Source: the human T2T-CHM13v2.0 reference genome, Homo sapiens. From it: a DNA stretch of 64,000 nt. This document shows positions 30,920 through 49,640 of this stretch, piece by piece (position 1 is the stretch's first letter; every line of letters begins with the position of its first letter). The translations under genes and the position numbers were made by a program. The notes under the pieces are model-generated. The model had not been told where the DNA came from, did not search any database, and saw only the letters and a program-made list of their open reading frames with translations. The stretch lies in the NCBI RefSeq assembly GCF_009914755.1, contig NC_060941.1; one strand, written 5' to 3'.

Positions 30920-31146
30920 TAGGGATTCTCAAGCCCTCATACTATTGATGTTTTGCACTGGATGATTCTTTGTTATTGGAGGGCTGTCCTGTGGACTATA
31001 AGATGTTTAGCAGCATCCGTGGCCTCCACACACTAGATGCCAGTAGCACCCCCTAGTCATGGCAATTTAAAAATGTCTCCAGATACTGCCAAATGTTTTC
31101 TGGGAAGGAGAAGGAGGCAAAATGGACCCCAGTTGAGAGCCATTGC
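30920..31146 (-). mobile_element. MER20 hAT-Charlie DNA transposon
   Basis: gggctgtcctgtg...gatgtttagcagcatcc...ctagatgccagtagcaccc...aaaaatgtctccaga...gttgagagccattg. Confidence 0.85.
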
Positions 31147-33112
31147 CACAGACATCTCACAGGGCTCCATATACAGGAGAGACACTCAGTAAATAGCTGC
31201 CGTTGGCATTGGCAGCAACTATCTCTTGGCACACAGCTTCCTTCTGCCTTCCCCTGTGCACTAAAGGAAATGCATTCTTCATTAAAACCTTGTAAAATAG
31301 CCTTGGAATTTCTCATTAGTCTCTGGCCAGACCTCTAGATTCCAGACTCCTTCTTCAGAGTTGAAGACAAATGTTTGAGGGACTAGAATGAGGTGTGAGA
31401 GGGTGTCATTCATTCAGCCAGTCAACAAATGGCAAAGTTAAACAATTGAATTAAGAGAGACCTTCCACAGCCAAAGCCTGCTTTGATAAGATAGGGGAGG
31501 GAGGTTATTACCTAAGAAAAATTGCTACTCCACATTCCAGTGACTTTGCATCCTAAAGAAAAAGCCATCTTTAGCACAACAGATGTCCTTTTTAAAATTT
31601 TATCAGCCAGAAAAATTGAGGGGGAGAATGCAAACCAGACCATTAAAAAGCAATGTAGAGTCTACACAAATTAATACAATGATAGCATAATCAGGTTGAA
31701 AATGACATAAAATCAAATGATATGTAGCTGTCCTTATGGTGTATCACAGCTCCTGAAATCTTAAAGAGTAAGTGAAAATACGGGGCCTCCTGCAGCGTGG
31801 TGAACATAGCAACCTTTCCCAGTGACTCCCTATACAGCTTTAGCAGCCTTTCTGAAAGCCACTAAGTCAGTCAGAGAAACATTGCAGATAATGCGTATTT
31901 GCAAAAGCAGCCCCACTGGAGGACTGCACGAGTCCACACCTGATCATGATCTCCAAATTGAACCACTTTTGCTGTCAAGTAGAGACGTAGAACATTGAAA
32001 CCAGGTTAAAAAAAAAAACAAATAAACAAAACTGTAAAACCTGATCCACTGGCTGCTCGTCTCTTTTCCCCTGAACCCCATCTAGGTCGGTCCTGAAAGG
32101 TCTTCCACGGTAGAGATGAAAAGGGTGGCTGGACCACTTCCTGTGCAGAAAAGAGTCTTGGGTTAGCCCTGATGCTTCTGTGACATGAATTCAAAGGGGG
32201 AGAAAATTAGAAAGGAAAAGAAAGATGTTCCCAACAAAGGGCTTTCAGAAAACAACCTTGTGTGAAGAAATCAAAGTGTTCTGATTATCAATAGCAGCAT
32301 AACAACCCACCCCAAAATGAAACAACAATTTATTATTGTTGTTGCTAAAGAAATGACAATTTATTATTTTTTATTCTGTAGGTTTTTTACTTCTTTTGTT
32401 GTTGGCTGGGGTATTAGAATGACTGGAAAATCCAAATTGGCCACATTCCCATGGCTAGCAATTTATGCTCACTGCTAACTGTAAGCTCAGAAGGAGCTGC
32501 TGGTGGAGGTTCTTGGTTCTCCTCTATGGACACCTTTCCACATATCTGTTTGGTCTTCCTCACAACATGGCACCTTCTTTCCAAGAAGAAGCATTCAAGA
32601 AGAAGGAAGTAGAAATTGCCAATCTCTTAAAACCTGAGCTTGAAAGTATTGGGATGTAACTTTAACTATATTCTATCGGTGAAAAGCAGTCACAGGGCCA
32701 GCCTAGATTCAAGACGAAGGAACATAAGCTTTCTTGTGATGTAAGGAGTAGCATATACACAGTGGGAAGGCTGCCTTTGGAGGGTAATAGTCATAATAAA
32801 CTTGTCATTTGACTCCACATCTTACCACTCTGGGGGTATTTCTATGCTCTTGATCCATATTTGTGTTTCTTTCTCTAAAGCACTGTCATATTGCAAGAGC
32901 AACGGATGAGAAAGAGATGACTTGCCCTCCTGCAATTACATATATGTGTATGTGTTGATCATATATACCTATATGAATTGAAAGAGTCATCAGAAGCCTG
33001 GAAGGAATGACTTGCTTCATGCTAGCTTTTGGTTTTGAATACCAATTATTCCCCATGTTGTTATGACAAGGACATATATAGAAAATGTGCAAGAGCCATC
33101 TCTTTAATCAAG

Positions 33113-33769
33113 TTTTTTTTTTTAATTTTAAGTTCTGGGATACAGGTGCAGAACGTGCAGGTTTGTTACATAGGTATACATGTGCCATGGTGGTTTGCTG
33201 CACCTATCAACCTGTCATCTAGGTTTTAAGCCCCACATGCATTAGGCATTTGTCCTAATGCTCTCCCTCTCCTTGTCCCCCACCCCCCGACAGGCCCCAG
33301 TGTGTGATGTCCCCTCCCTGTGTCCATGTGTTCTCATTGTTCATCTCCCGCTTATGAGTGAGAAAGTGCAGTGTTTTGTTTTCTGTTTCTGTGTTAGTTT
33401 GCTGAGAATAATGGTTTCCAGCTTCATCCATGTCCCTGCAAAAGACATGAACTCATTCTTTTTTATGGCTGCATAGTATTCCATGGTGTATATGTGCCAC
33501 ATTTTCTTTATCCAGTCTATCTTTGATGGGCATTTGGGTTGGTTCCAAGTCTTTGCTGTTGCAAATAGTGCTGCAATAAACACACATGTGTATGTTTCTT
33601 TATAGTAGAATGATTTATAATCCTTTGGGTATATACCAAGTAATGGGATTGCTGGGTCAAATGATATTTTTGTTTCCAGATCCTTGAGGAATCACTACAC
33701 TGTCTTCCACAATGGCTGAGCTAATTTACACCCCCACCAATGGTGTAAAAGCATTCCTATTTCTCTATG
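33113..33769 (-). mobile_element. 5'-truncated L1PA (approx. L1PA8-PA10) 3' end: ORF2 C-terminus plus 3' UTR
   Basis: Translation MFIAALFATAKTWNQPKCP...WMKLETIILSKL; T-tail; 13-bp TSD taatcaagttttt at 33105 and 33770. Confidence 0.93.
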
Positions 33770-34503
33770 TAATCAAGTTTTTAAGAAACCTAATTCCTAC
33801 TTCATCTTCTGATATTAAGTAACTAATACCTAAGTAAACAGTTGGCTCTCTTTTTAAAAAAATACTTACTTTATAAGCCCAGGACAAAATTAAATGACAG
33901 AATATGAGATTTCTTTTAATATAGTAAATGTTCAAAAATATCAGATGATGATGAGGATGATTAAAATTGCTACCACAGAGTCTGATGTAGTAGGTGCTTA
34001 ATTAATGACAGCTAATATTTTGAAGAGAAGCTCTTTTAGAGGAAGGAATGGTGAAGGAAGAGGGTACAACCATTTGAATGAGGAGAGAGGAATGTGAGGG
34101 CGAAGAAGCTTGGGGTCAGGAGAAGGGCGACACTCAGTGTCTCGAGAGGCATTTGACAGAGCTGTCTTTAATACCAAATTATCAGAGACAGTTTTGGGAT
34201 TTTCCCTGGCACAGAAATGCATTCCCCTTGAGCCCTCGAATAAATACTTAGAAGGTTAAAGGTCAGTTCATTAATCTCCTCACTTGCCCATTTGTTTGGA
34301 CATACAGATGCTCTGTTGTTAAGGCAATCTGAGCAGACAGGAAAAAGTGTGGACTCTCATCCACTTCGATACTGTCCCACGTTGGATGGAGGTGTGTGCA
34401 AGAGAAAACATTTGTTTTAAATTTAATTCTGTGCTTTTCAAAACTGTAATGAAAATTGGAAAGTTGTGACTTGGTTCAGTTCCTTTCCAGGGTTTGTTTA
34501 TGA

Positions 34504-35022
<519 letters not shown>

Positions 35023-35357
35023 AAGACTTATACTTTCTAATGAGGTGTAATGAGGGAAATTTTGACTAAAGTTATCTCCGCTCGACTCCGCATCATTTTT
35101 TTAAATGGCCAATAAACATTTTTTTAATTTTGATTCAAATGACAAATGACTTATCCTGAAAATGGTCAGCTGTCTCAGAGACATTCTGGAATGGAAAGAA
35201 AGCCTCGGGAAAGAGCTGATGTGACTTGCTAAAAGTCACTTCTATAGACAATAGAATAAATATTGTCTATCGAATAATAGACAATATAGACTTCTATAGA
35301 CAATAGAATAAATAAAGAAGGCAAATTGTGTATGATTACCATCTACTTGCATGAGGG

Positions 35358-36021
35358 TGTGGCAGGCTGACTTTAAGGTGATTCCCCCATTATCTTTACC
35401 TCTTGATGTTCCCACCTTTGTGCAGTTCTCTCCTCTTGGGTGTGGGTAGGACCAATGGCTTGCTTCTGAGCAATGGAATATAGCAAATGTAATGGGATGT
35501 CATTCCCATGATTATGGTATGTTATAAAATACTCTGTATTATTAGCGGATTTATCCTAGAGGCTCTCCTTGCTGGATTCATGAAGGAAGCAGCCGTGTTG
35601 GGAAAGCCCACATGGTTTAGAAGTATGAGTGCTTTCTAAGTATGGGTGGTCTCTAAGAACCATAGGTGTCCTCCAAGAAAATACAGGCAGCAGACTCTAG
35701 GAGCTGAGAGCAGCCTCCGGCCAAGGAAAAAGCTAGAGCCTCAGTCCCCCAACCACAAGGAAATGAAATGATACAAAGAACCTCAGAGAGCTGGGAAGTG
35801 GCTTCTTTCCCAGCTGAGAAGTGGTTTCTTCCCCAGTCTGTCTTTCAGGAAAATATGTCCTGGCTGACACCTTGATTACACCCTTGTTGGATACTAAGCA
35901 GAGGAGCCAACTAAGCTGTGCCTGGACTTCTACCCATAGAAACTATGGGATAATCAGTGTGTGTTGTTTTAAGCCACTAAGTTTGTACTAATATGTTACA
36001 CCGTAATAGAAGAATAATACA
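35358..36021 (+). mobile_element. MLT1-family MaLR LTR
   Basis: tgtggcaggctga...gtgtgttgttttaagccactaagtttg...aataca. Confidence 0.78.
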
Positions 36022-36188
36022 GGGGTCCTTTCCTGGGTGATAGCATTCTCTGGCATCCTACTATCATCTTCCATGAAGACATTTGGGACTACTTAGAGAA
36101 AAACTCAGGGTTCCTTCTGGTATTCCTTATCAATCCCAAAATTTCCCCATATTTCTTAAAATGAGGGGACTTAAAAATGAGTCTCCAT

Positions 36189-36482
<294 letters not shown>

Positions 36483-37243
36483 TGAGTCCTCATATTTCCT
36501 ACCTCAATATGACTGTGACTCTCAACCAAAATGTATTATTAATGTCTCACATATATATATATTCATTTATAATTGTATTTTATTGTTTCATTTGTTGCTT
36601 CATCTCTGTTTATCAGACACCCAAACATAGTCATTATTAGTAAAAATTAGTTGATGTTTTAGTACCATATTAAAATATCTACAACTCTACTTTCACCAGA
36701 ATGTTTTTAAATTTAAAAACAAAAATTGAATCACAATTTATAAATTTAGAGAAAAAATGCATTCTAGGAGTTCTTTGTTCTCACTTTCTCATTTTACAAA
36801 TAAGAAAGATGACACCCTCCAAAAATTAATAATGTGTGAAGCCTAGACAAACAGTTATTGTCAAAATGGGACAAGAATGAAATTTACATTGATAGGGCAT
36901 CTGCAATGTTCAAGGCACTGTGATAAATACTTCTGTGTTACCACTTCATCCTTAACAGTTTTGTAAAGTATGCATTGCTTTCCCCATGGCAGGGTACCCT
37001 TCTAGAGATTATTTTTTTCTTTATTCTTCAATGAGAAAGGTGCCTTAAATTGACTAATTGAAGACTCCCTTAGAAAGTGGGGACCAGGAAGGTACAATGG
37101 AGGGTCAGAACACATTAGAAACATGGAGGTGATTGCACTTAGAAGAGTGAATATAGGGCTAGTAGTCCCATTTTCCAGGCAAAACTGTATAAAACTAGCC
37201 CCTTTTAGAGATGTAAAAGCAACCTGTGATCAATCCCTTGTAG

Positions 37244-37600
<357 letters not shown>

Positions 37601-37719
37601 AGGGCTTAAAAGATACATTGCCCATCTCCCCAGGGAAGACTGGTAGAGGAATACAGGACACTGACCCTATATCTGTGATTTCGGGCATAACTGATTCAAC
37701 CATGAACCAGCTAGCTGTT

Positions 37720-39660
<1,941 letters not shown>

Positions 39661-40426
39661 TCTACTGCATGATCTGAGAAGGAGCCCAGTGTGTGAACCA
39701 AAAACACCTGCTAGGGAAAGGCATCATTCCAGTTTCTGCATCTAGGGTGGAATGGAAGACTGAGTTTCACTGTACATCTAGGACTTAACGACAGCATTGA
39801 CTCTGCTCCCAGTGCTTCTCATACTATGGCCAAAACAAGAAACAGTGCCCTTTCCCTACCTTCTTCTCCCTCAGCCCCTAAATGCAGGAAGCATCATGCT
39901 AACATTTCCCAGAGACCTGTCAGTCCAAGGAGATGTCTGACCACATATAGTGGGAATTGTTACAAACTTGCTGTCAATATCACCTAGGGAGAGGGCCCAG
40001 GATTCCACCTTCTGGTGATGAACATGCAGAGGCATGAGGATCACACCCTGAAATGTGGAGACACCCATATATTCCACTTTTACGGATAAAGAAATTGAAG
40101 TTTTGAAGAAATGAAACCATTTGCTGAAAGCCACATCATGGCAGAACTGAGCTAGATCCCAGAAATATGGACTATTGGGAGGCAGCAAAATATAGGAAGG
40201 CAAACAGAAACCTTGGAGATACACACACTGCAATCCGACACTGCTGATTACCAATAAACACCCTTCCCTTCCTCTACCTCCCTGCGTGGCAGAATTTCAA
40301 TTTCATTTCAATTTCCACTCCTCTCCCTATGGTTCCGGGAAGGGCGGCCCCTACCCCCAGTTTGAGGAATAAATCTCAGTTCAGCTAAGCCAGTGATAGT
40401 GGCCCTATTCCTTTTGTCTATAATTA

Positions 40427-40848
40427 CAGTTGATCCATGAACAACACAGGTTTGAACTGCATGGGTCCAATTATACACAGATTTTCTTCCGCCTCCGCCA
40501 ATGCTGAGAGAGCAAGATCAACCCCTCCTTGTCATCCTTCTCCTGAGCCTATTCAATGTGAAAACAACAAGGATGAAGACCTTTACAATGGTCTATGTCC
40601 ACTTAGTGAATAGGCAATATATTTTTTCTTCCTTTTAATTTTCTTAGTAACATTTTCTTTTCTTTAGCTTTTACTGTAAAAATACAGTATATAATGCATA
40701 TAACATATAAAATATGTGTTAATTGACTATTATGTTATTGGTAAGGCTTCCAGTCAACAGTAGGATATTAGTGGTTAAGTTATACACCAAGTTTTGACTG
40801 TGCAGAGATCGGCACCACCAAACCACAGCATTGTCGAAGGGCCAAATG
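40427..40848 (+). mobile_element. Tigger2a-like DNA transposon
   Basis: cagttgatccatgaacaacacaggtttgaactgcatgggtcca TIR; ggtaaggcttccagtcaacagtagg. Confidence 0.82.
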
Positions 40849-40869
40849 CAGCTTAGCCATGAGCATGGG

Positions 40870-41038
40870 CAGTACTGGCTCTATGGGCATGCAGCCAGTC
40901 CATGCTGAGTCTTGTGCCCAGAAGGACCTAATGTTTCATTCAATGCTTGTCATCATCCTAAAATTCTTAGTAACTGTTGAACAAGAGATCCTGAATTTAA
41001 TTTTGCACTGAGCCCTGCAAATTATGTAACTGTTCCTA
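40870..41038 (+). mobile_element. MER53-like hAT DNA transposon
   Basis: aaattcttagtaactgttgaacaagagatcctg...ttttgcactgagccctgcaaattatgtaactgttcct. Confidence 0.65.
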
Positions 41039-41536
41039 AGCATATGGTGCAATTCTGTTGAAAATGACATGGGGAAGCTTGTTGGAGAACTTTTAATAAA
41101 TATTTTCTTTGTTGTTATTGACAGGAAACATACACATGCACATATACACGCACAAAGACACGGCCTTCTTCTTACGCATGCAATGCCTGGAACTCCTGCA
41201 GCCATCTTGCACCCTTGAGCAAAACAAAGCTTACAAGCTTGACAGAGCAGAAAGTTGGAAAGAACCTAAATTCTGATGATGCCACTGAGCTGCTGAATGA
41301 ATGAGCCTTTGAGTGTTTTGTCATGTGAGATAATAAACCTTCTGCTTTGTTTTTACCATTTGAGATGGAATTTTCCTTAAAGATTTTGCAGAATACATGT
41401 AATCGACAAGTATTAACTAGATGACTTTGAGAATGGTATTTGACTTTGGTGAGCATATTTTCCTATCTATAAAATAAGAGCAATGCCACCTCACACACAT
41501 GTTGTGAGAAATAAATAATATTTGGCACACGACAGG

Positions 41537-41969
41537 TGAATTAGTTCATTCTTGCACTGCTATAAAGAAATACCCGAGACTGGGTGATTTATTTAAAAAA
41601 GAAACAAGAGGTTTAATTGGCTCACGGCTCCACAGGCTGTACAGGAAGCATGATGCTGGCATCTGCTCAGCTTCTGGCAGAAGGCAAAAAGGAATCACGG
41701 AAAAGGCAAAAGGGAAGCACGCTCCTCTTACCTGGCCAGAGCAGGAGCAAAAGAGAGAGGGGACAGGGAGGTGCTATGCACTTTTAAACAAGCAGATCTC
41801 ACAAGAACTCACTCGCTATCATGAGAACAGCACCAAGGGGGATGGCGTTTAACCATTCATAAGAAACCATTCCCATGATTCAGTCACCTCCCACTAGGCC
41901 CTGCCTTCAACAGTGGGGATTACAATTCACCATGAGATCTGGCCAAGGACACAGATTCAAAACATATCA
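41537..41969 (-). mobile_element. MSTA-like MaLR solo LTR
   Basis: gctataaagaaatacccgagactggg...aggtttaattggctcacgg...caggctgtacaggaagcatgatgctggcatctgctcagc...aaacatatca. Confidence 0.87.
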
Positions 41970-42607
41970 GCAAGGAACAGTCCAATGATGGTAGTAATAG
42001 TGATTGTCATTGTGTTGTTATTATTGCAGTTCCTAGCCCAGTGCTATTATTCATCATAACTTACAACCTACCCCCATTCCTACCCTATTTTAAATATATT
42101 TTAGTTCACCATTCATAGGCCACTTAAATATATATTCACTCACAAGGAAAGCACTTCAGTTAAGAAAATTCTATATAGTGCCTATGAGTCACGTGAATGC
42201 CAATTATGAAAGCTGCTTAGTTCATGTCTGTATGTGCGCTCCACTAAACCAGCTCATTTATCCCATACCTGAACCAGGAACTATCAAAAGTAAACTTAGA
42301 TATTCACATAACAATATATTTCTCAAACTCATAATACTTAGTGAAAAAAAGTTGTAAACTGATATGTATTATATACCGCACGTTGCCCTTAAATGAATGT
42401 AAAATGATCATAATGACTTCTGCTTCTGGGAGGATGAAGTAAATGTATTTTTTCCTATTCTTCCCACTAAGTACAACTTAAAAAAAAAAACACTGGATGT
42501 TAGATCTAAAGCTAACATATAAAAAGACTTTGAAAGGTGAAGAGAAGGAGGTCAACAGCCTAGTGGCTGTTGGAACCAGAAGAATGGCATGGTGGTGGAT
42601 TCCATAG

Positions 42608-42891
<284 letters not shown>

Positions 42892-43486
42892 CATAGGTTT
42901 TCTTTTTAACTTCATATATCCCAGACTTGAAGCAAAGGTAGCCTGTGATCAGGAAACACCAACAGGCTCAGACAAAAAGACCCCGGTAAAATTCTGCTGA
43001 GTCTAACCACAGACCGAGGGACGGGGCAGCCTAGAGCAACAGAAAACCTGTAGGAGTAACTGCTCTACTCTAGCCAAACACCGCAAAAGAAAACTGTGGC
43101 CCGCCTGCCGTGCCATCTCCATCATCAAAGGCCGAGTGGGAAGCTTAGACTTCCACCCACCCCACGAAGCTGTAACAAAGTGCCGAACGCCCCCACTCTG
43201 GCCCAGGGCGGTGCCAGAGAAGGCCAGGTAAGAGACTGAGATTTTCATCCCCATGAGCCAGTAAGGAGCTCCCTGGCCCCTCACAATGTCTATGGAGACC
43301 GCATGGGATAGGTGCTGAAACTCCCACCCCACCCCACAGTAAGGAGGAGCCCATCTGATCCCATAGGTATCAACAGAGACCAAGTGGGAAACCTGGACTT
43401 TTATCTCCCTATGGCACAAACAAGTTGACAACCCCCCTCTTCTGCCAGAGCAGTGTCAGAATAAACCGGTTAAAACAAAAAATTTA

Positions 43487-43857
<371 letters not shown>

Positions 43858-44337
43858 TCAATAAAAAAAATTTATCCTATCAAGAAACAGAAAGATCTCA
43901 AACTGAGTGAAAAAAAGACAACACTAAGACAAGAGAGATATTAAAGTGATCTGACAAAAATTTAAAACACCCACAATAAAGATGCTTCAATGAGCAATTA
44001 TGAACACACTTAGGAATGAACAGACAAAAAGTGGCAGCAAAGATATAGAACCAAATGGAGATTTTAAAACTGAAACATACGGTAGTTACAAAAAATATGG
44101 AACAATACAGAAATAAAAACCTCGATCAGTGGGCTCAACAGCAGAATAAACGGAACAAAGGAAAGAATCAGTGAACTGCAAAATAGAACCATAGAAATTA
44201 TCCATTCTGAACATAGGAGAGGATAGAATGGAAGAAAAAAATGAACAAAGTCTCAGGGACCCTTGCAACCGTAACAAAAAGTTTCACATTTGTGTCATTG
44301 GGCATTCCAGAAGCAGAGTTAAAAAAAAAAATGTCCT

Positions 44338-44642
<305 letters not shown>

Positions 44643-44803
44643 TTATACTCAGTGTCTACATGCAAACCCAGCTGTAAGACAAGTCTCCAATGTCTGACTC
44701 CTCAAAGTGAGATTCAAGGGCCAGCACATCAGCATCACCTGAGAGCTTTTCAGAGGCACATCATAGACCTAACAGGCCTGAATCTGTACCTGCAAGATCC
44801 TCA

Positions 44804-44941
<138 letters not shown>

Positions 44942-46628
44942 TCCCCGGGTTTGCATGAAAATCTGAGAAGTATTTCTCCAGCTGCCTTCTCCTTTGCCCC
45001 AACCAAATGGATACCCCTGCATCCTTCTTACATAAAAATTCTGGACTTCCCTATGAACCACAGATTAGAAGCAGATCAAAAAAGAATCAATGTATAAAAC
45101 TAGGAAAAGTATTGGACTAAGGGGTCTGAATTTTAAATCTCCATCCTGAACCTTTTTATCAGTGTTGGCAGGATTGCTGGTTTTTGTTTGTCTTCCTTAT
45201 GAATTTAGGGGCGAAGACAAACTAGAAAACTAGAAGGTTCTTCCTATTTGAATATTCTAGGATTCTATTACATGCCAATCAGATTACCAAAAACTACGCA
45301 GGCAAAGCTCATGCACAGGGAAGGTCTTTACCATGTCTGGTGTATGATTATGACAGGAATATTTTTGAATCTAACTGTAATTCTGTTTAGGAATTTGGAT
45401 AACTTGAGCTTTGCGCCTGCAGCTTATAATATCACTGGATACCTGTCACAGAATTGTAACCTTGTAACTCACTTACCTGTTGATGCTCAAATATATACGT
45501 ATATAATTTTAATAGTACTCATTACACATAGACTTCCATTATAACACTATTTCCACTCTGTCATAATTTTATAAAAAAATTCCCTATTGGCTAAAATTTT
45601 CCAGGCTGAATCACACTCTTGAGGTGAACTTTTTCAATTAAACTCCACTTAAGCCAATTTTGAGGTCTTTGAATGAAGGAAAAATATATATATGCCAGAC
45701 TCTTAAAAATAATTGTCAGGCAGGTTCTCTGTTTTTTTTTTCTTACATGTTTATTTAACACACTATCATCAATACTTCAAAAAAAGGTCTGACCTGTTTT
45801 GCATGTTAAATTTCCCAACGATGGAGGCAGAAGTGCTTTTTTGCTTAGAAGTCCCCAATAACCCTCTCAATTATCTCCTCTGCCATGGAGAATTATGGAG
45901 AGTCTGTAAAACAGGTAGTTAGTTCTAGGCTTGTGGGGCCACTTAGCATCTATGAGGCAGAATTCAGTTAATACACATTAACTCTCTTCCTTACAACCAT
46001 GTCAAAGTTTTCCATTTAGGGACTAATGAGAAAAAAGTCATTTGGTTTATTGATCCAGTGTGAGTCATCTAGAATGGGGAAAAATAGGTAATTATCACTG
46101 TTTTGAATCACTTCCTTTATTGTTTCTAAACTTGATTCTGGAACCCACAACCTCTGTTGATTGTGTTATTTTTACAGTGGAAAAACAAGCTTTGACTTAT
46201 CTCTCAAAGTAATTAGAAGGCAGTGCCTTCTGGCATTTGGTCCTGTATCTGATCGTCTGTTTGGTTGTTTTGTTTTGTTTTGTTTTTCAGCAAATGCTTT
46301 GTATTCACTCTGTACATCTTCATTTGGTTGATTGGGAGCAGGAAGTCTGCCACAATACACACAGCCAAACTCTGTGGCATGGCCAGCCCAGGGCAGGGCA
46401 AGAGTGAATTCTTTGCTGGATTCTTCATGCCCAGGCCTTGGTGCCAATTGACAAGTGGTGGAGACTTACTTCTTGATTCTAAAGAGATCTCTCCAGCACA
46501 GTTGCACAGAAAGGATGAAAAACCTTCATGGATTTCAATTGCCCCTTCTCCCAGCTAAAGCTTTTGCATGCTGCTTAGGGAAGAACCATGTCTGAAGAGC
46601 TCCAGTTGGGCAGAAATAGTCTTCTGTA

Positions 46629-47029
<401 letters not shown>

Positions 47030-47253
47030 TCACACTGATCTTTCAGTCCTGGACTATGCCATCCTACCTCCTGCCACAGGACCTTGGCACATACCATTCC
47101 CTTTGTCTGAGACACTCTAACTACCCCTCTTTCTCTAGTGAGCTCCACTCATTATTTATATCTTAGTTTATATTTCCTCAGGGAAGAAATTCAGCCTTTT
47201 TGGTAAGTATGAACAATCATGTATTAAATAAACATTTTAAAAAAGAGATAACT

Positions 47254-47541
47254 GGCTGGGTGCGGTGGCTCAAGCCTGTAATCCCAGCACTTTGGGAGGC
47301 CGAGGCAGGCAGATCACCTGAGGTCGGGAGGTCAAGACCAGCCTGGCCAACATGGAGAAACTCCGTCTCTACTAAAAATAGAAAAATTAGCCGGGCATGG
47401 TGGCACATGCCTGTAATCCCAGCTACTCGGGAGGCTGAGGCAGGAGGACTGCTTGAACCCAGGAGGGGGAGGTTGCACTCCAGCCTGGTTAACAAGAGTG
47501 AAACTCCATCTCACAAAAAAAAAAAAAAAAAAAAAAAAAAA
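47254..47541 (+). mobile_element. Alu (AluSp-like) with short right-arm deletion
   Basis: gaggtcgggag, catggagaaac; gaggttgca joined directly to ctccagcc. Confidence 0.95.
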
Positions 47542-47799
47542 GTTAACCTGCCTGACAGTGATTTTCCCAATCAAATCAACCTCTCCTAACGTTTCGTAAC
47601 ATACCAACATATGCTCCCATTTCATGGTACCTGTCACTGCTCTAATCTTACATTTATTTGAGATATTTTTGCTTTATTAATGAGAGTATCTATTGTAGCT
47701 GCCTGAGGATTTAGACCACATATAATCCTGATGCTTGACATAGGGCTTAGCACATAGCAGGTACTCAGTAATTATTTGTTAGATAAATGACAAATATTT

Positions 47800-48089
<290 letters not shown>

Positions 48090-48939
48090 GTCAAATATTT
48101 GTTATATAGTATCAATGAATGAATACGTCATTTATTAGACATTTCCAGGGGGAAGGAAGATCACAGGGCCTAACCCACCTCTGCCAAATTCCTCGGCATC
48201 AGAATGTGCCTGTTCTCTTGTATGATGTTGTTCTCATCTTGATACATATAAGACCTGTGAAATGAGTAAAAGGACAGAAAGGGAAGAGTTCCGAAGAGGA
48301 TCTGGGGAAGCCTCCATTGAGCTCTATGTAAAACACCTTCTGAGCCAAAATGCTGTAAACCTAGAAATGAACCTGGGACATCATTCCTGGGATTTTCCAG
48401 GTGAAGAAAATGAGACTCATGATTCCACTGTAGTTACTGGCAGACCCCACCCCTTCTTACTCCTCATCCCTTCCTGATCCACTTCTCCTACGAGGAGACA
48501 GCCCTTAACAGAGATGCAAAAATTGAAGAGAGTGCAGAAATTACCAGGAGCTGAAGCCCTGAGCAGAGACGACCACAGGAGAGGAATAGAGTGATTAATT
48601 ACATGTAAAACCATAGGGTCTAGCTTCACTGGGAAGGCCCCAAGGGTATAATTGTCCTCTTTTTTCCGTAATCTCTAGTGAGCTCTTTTATTCTTTAATC
48701 TATGAAGACACTAAAGGAGGTCAAATAGAAAAACTTACCCAAGTCTCACTCATTTTGTTAATATAAATCCCACCTGTGCCACTTTCAAGTTGCTTGTAAC
48801 CAATCTCATCTAAGTTTTCTCATCCATAAAATGGGAACAGCTGAGCCCATCTTTTAGGGTTATTGTGAGAATGAAATGGAATATGATTTATAAAGTGCCT
48901 GTGCATGGCACATAAGAAACGCTTCGTATGACCTAGTTT

Positions 48940-49640
48940 AATTCAACATTAAACGTACATGTGAGTGCTTACTATATGTCTAGTTGGGACTAAGCTAGGT
49001 ACTAGGGCTGGGACTTGCATTACGATGGAGGAAGAAAGACATATTTAAGAAACAAAAGAATTGCCAGTAAGGCTCAGAGATATGAATAAAATGTTACAGA
49101 GAAACTGGAACAGAGTGGGGTTTGGCTACTCATAAATAGGTTAAACCAGGAGATCGTCTTAGAGGATGTGACATTTAAACTGATTCAACCATGTAAAGAG
49201 TTGGGGAAAGTGTGTTTCGACCCAGGAAATACTGGAAAAAGAAAGTATAAGGTATTGAGGTGGGGATGTCCTTATTCCCAGTGTGACGGGAAGCCTATGG
49301 AAGTGTTTCAGCAGGAGTAAGAGAGAATCTGAGTTATATTTTAAAAAGATCTTTCTGTCTGTTATGTGGAGAGAATGGGTTTTAATGGGGCAGAGAGGCC
49401 AGTTAGAAAGCTAGTGTGGAAATAAAGGTCAGAGATAGATTGATGGTGGTATGGACTAGGATGGGTGGGAGGGAGAGGAGTGAATGCAATGAAGACGTAT
49501 TTTAGAGACAGAGGTAAGGATGATCTGCAGGAAAGGGGAGGTGGTAGGAAAAAGGGAGGAATTGAGGTTGAGTCCTAGTTTTTTGTCTTAAACAACTGAA
49601 AATAATGATGTCATTTGTCAAGATGGAGAAAAATGGAAGA
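48940..49640 (-). mobile_element. L2 fragments (antisense)
   Basis: gagtgcttactatatgtc; gggaagcctatggaagtgtttcagcagg; ttttaaaaagatctttctg; aggccagttagaaagcta. Confidence 0.6.

Noticed and set aside
43003-43431. GC-richer stretch with 142-aa ORF, possible promoter or exon
   Set aside because: Falls within an old L1M 5' region; CpG density too low for an island.
47461-47490. Short deletion in Alu right arm between ttgca microhomologies
   Set aside because: Common microhomology deletion; no functional implication.
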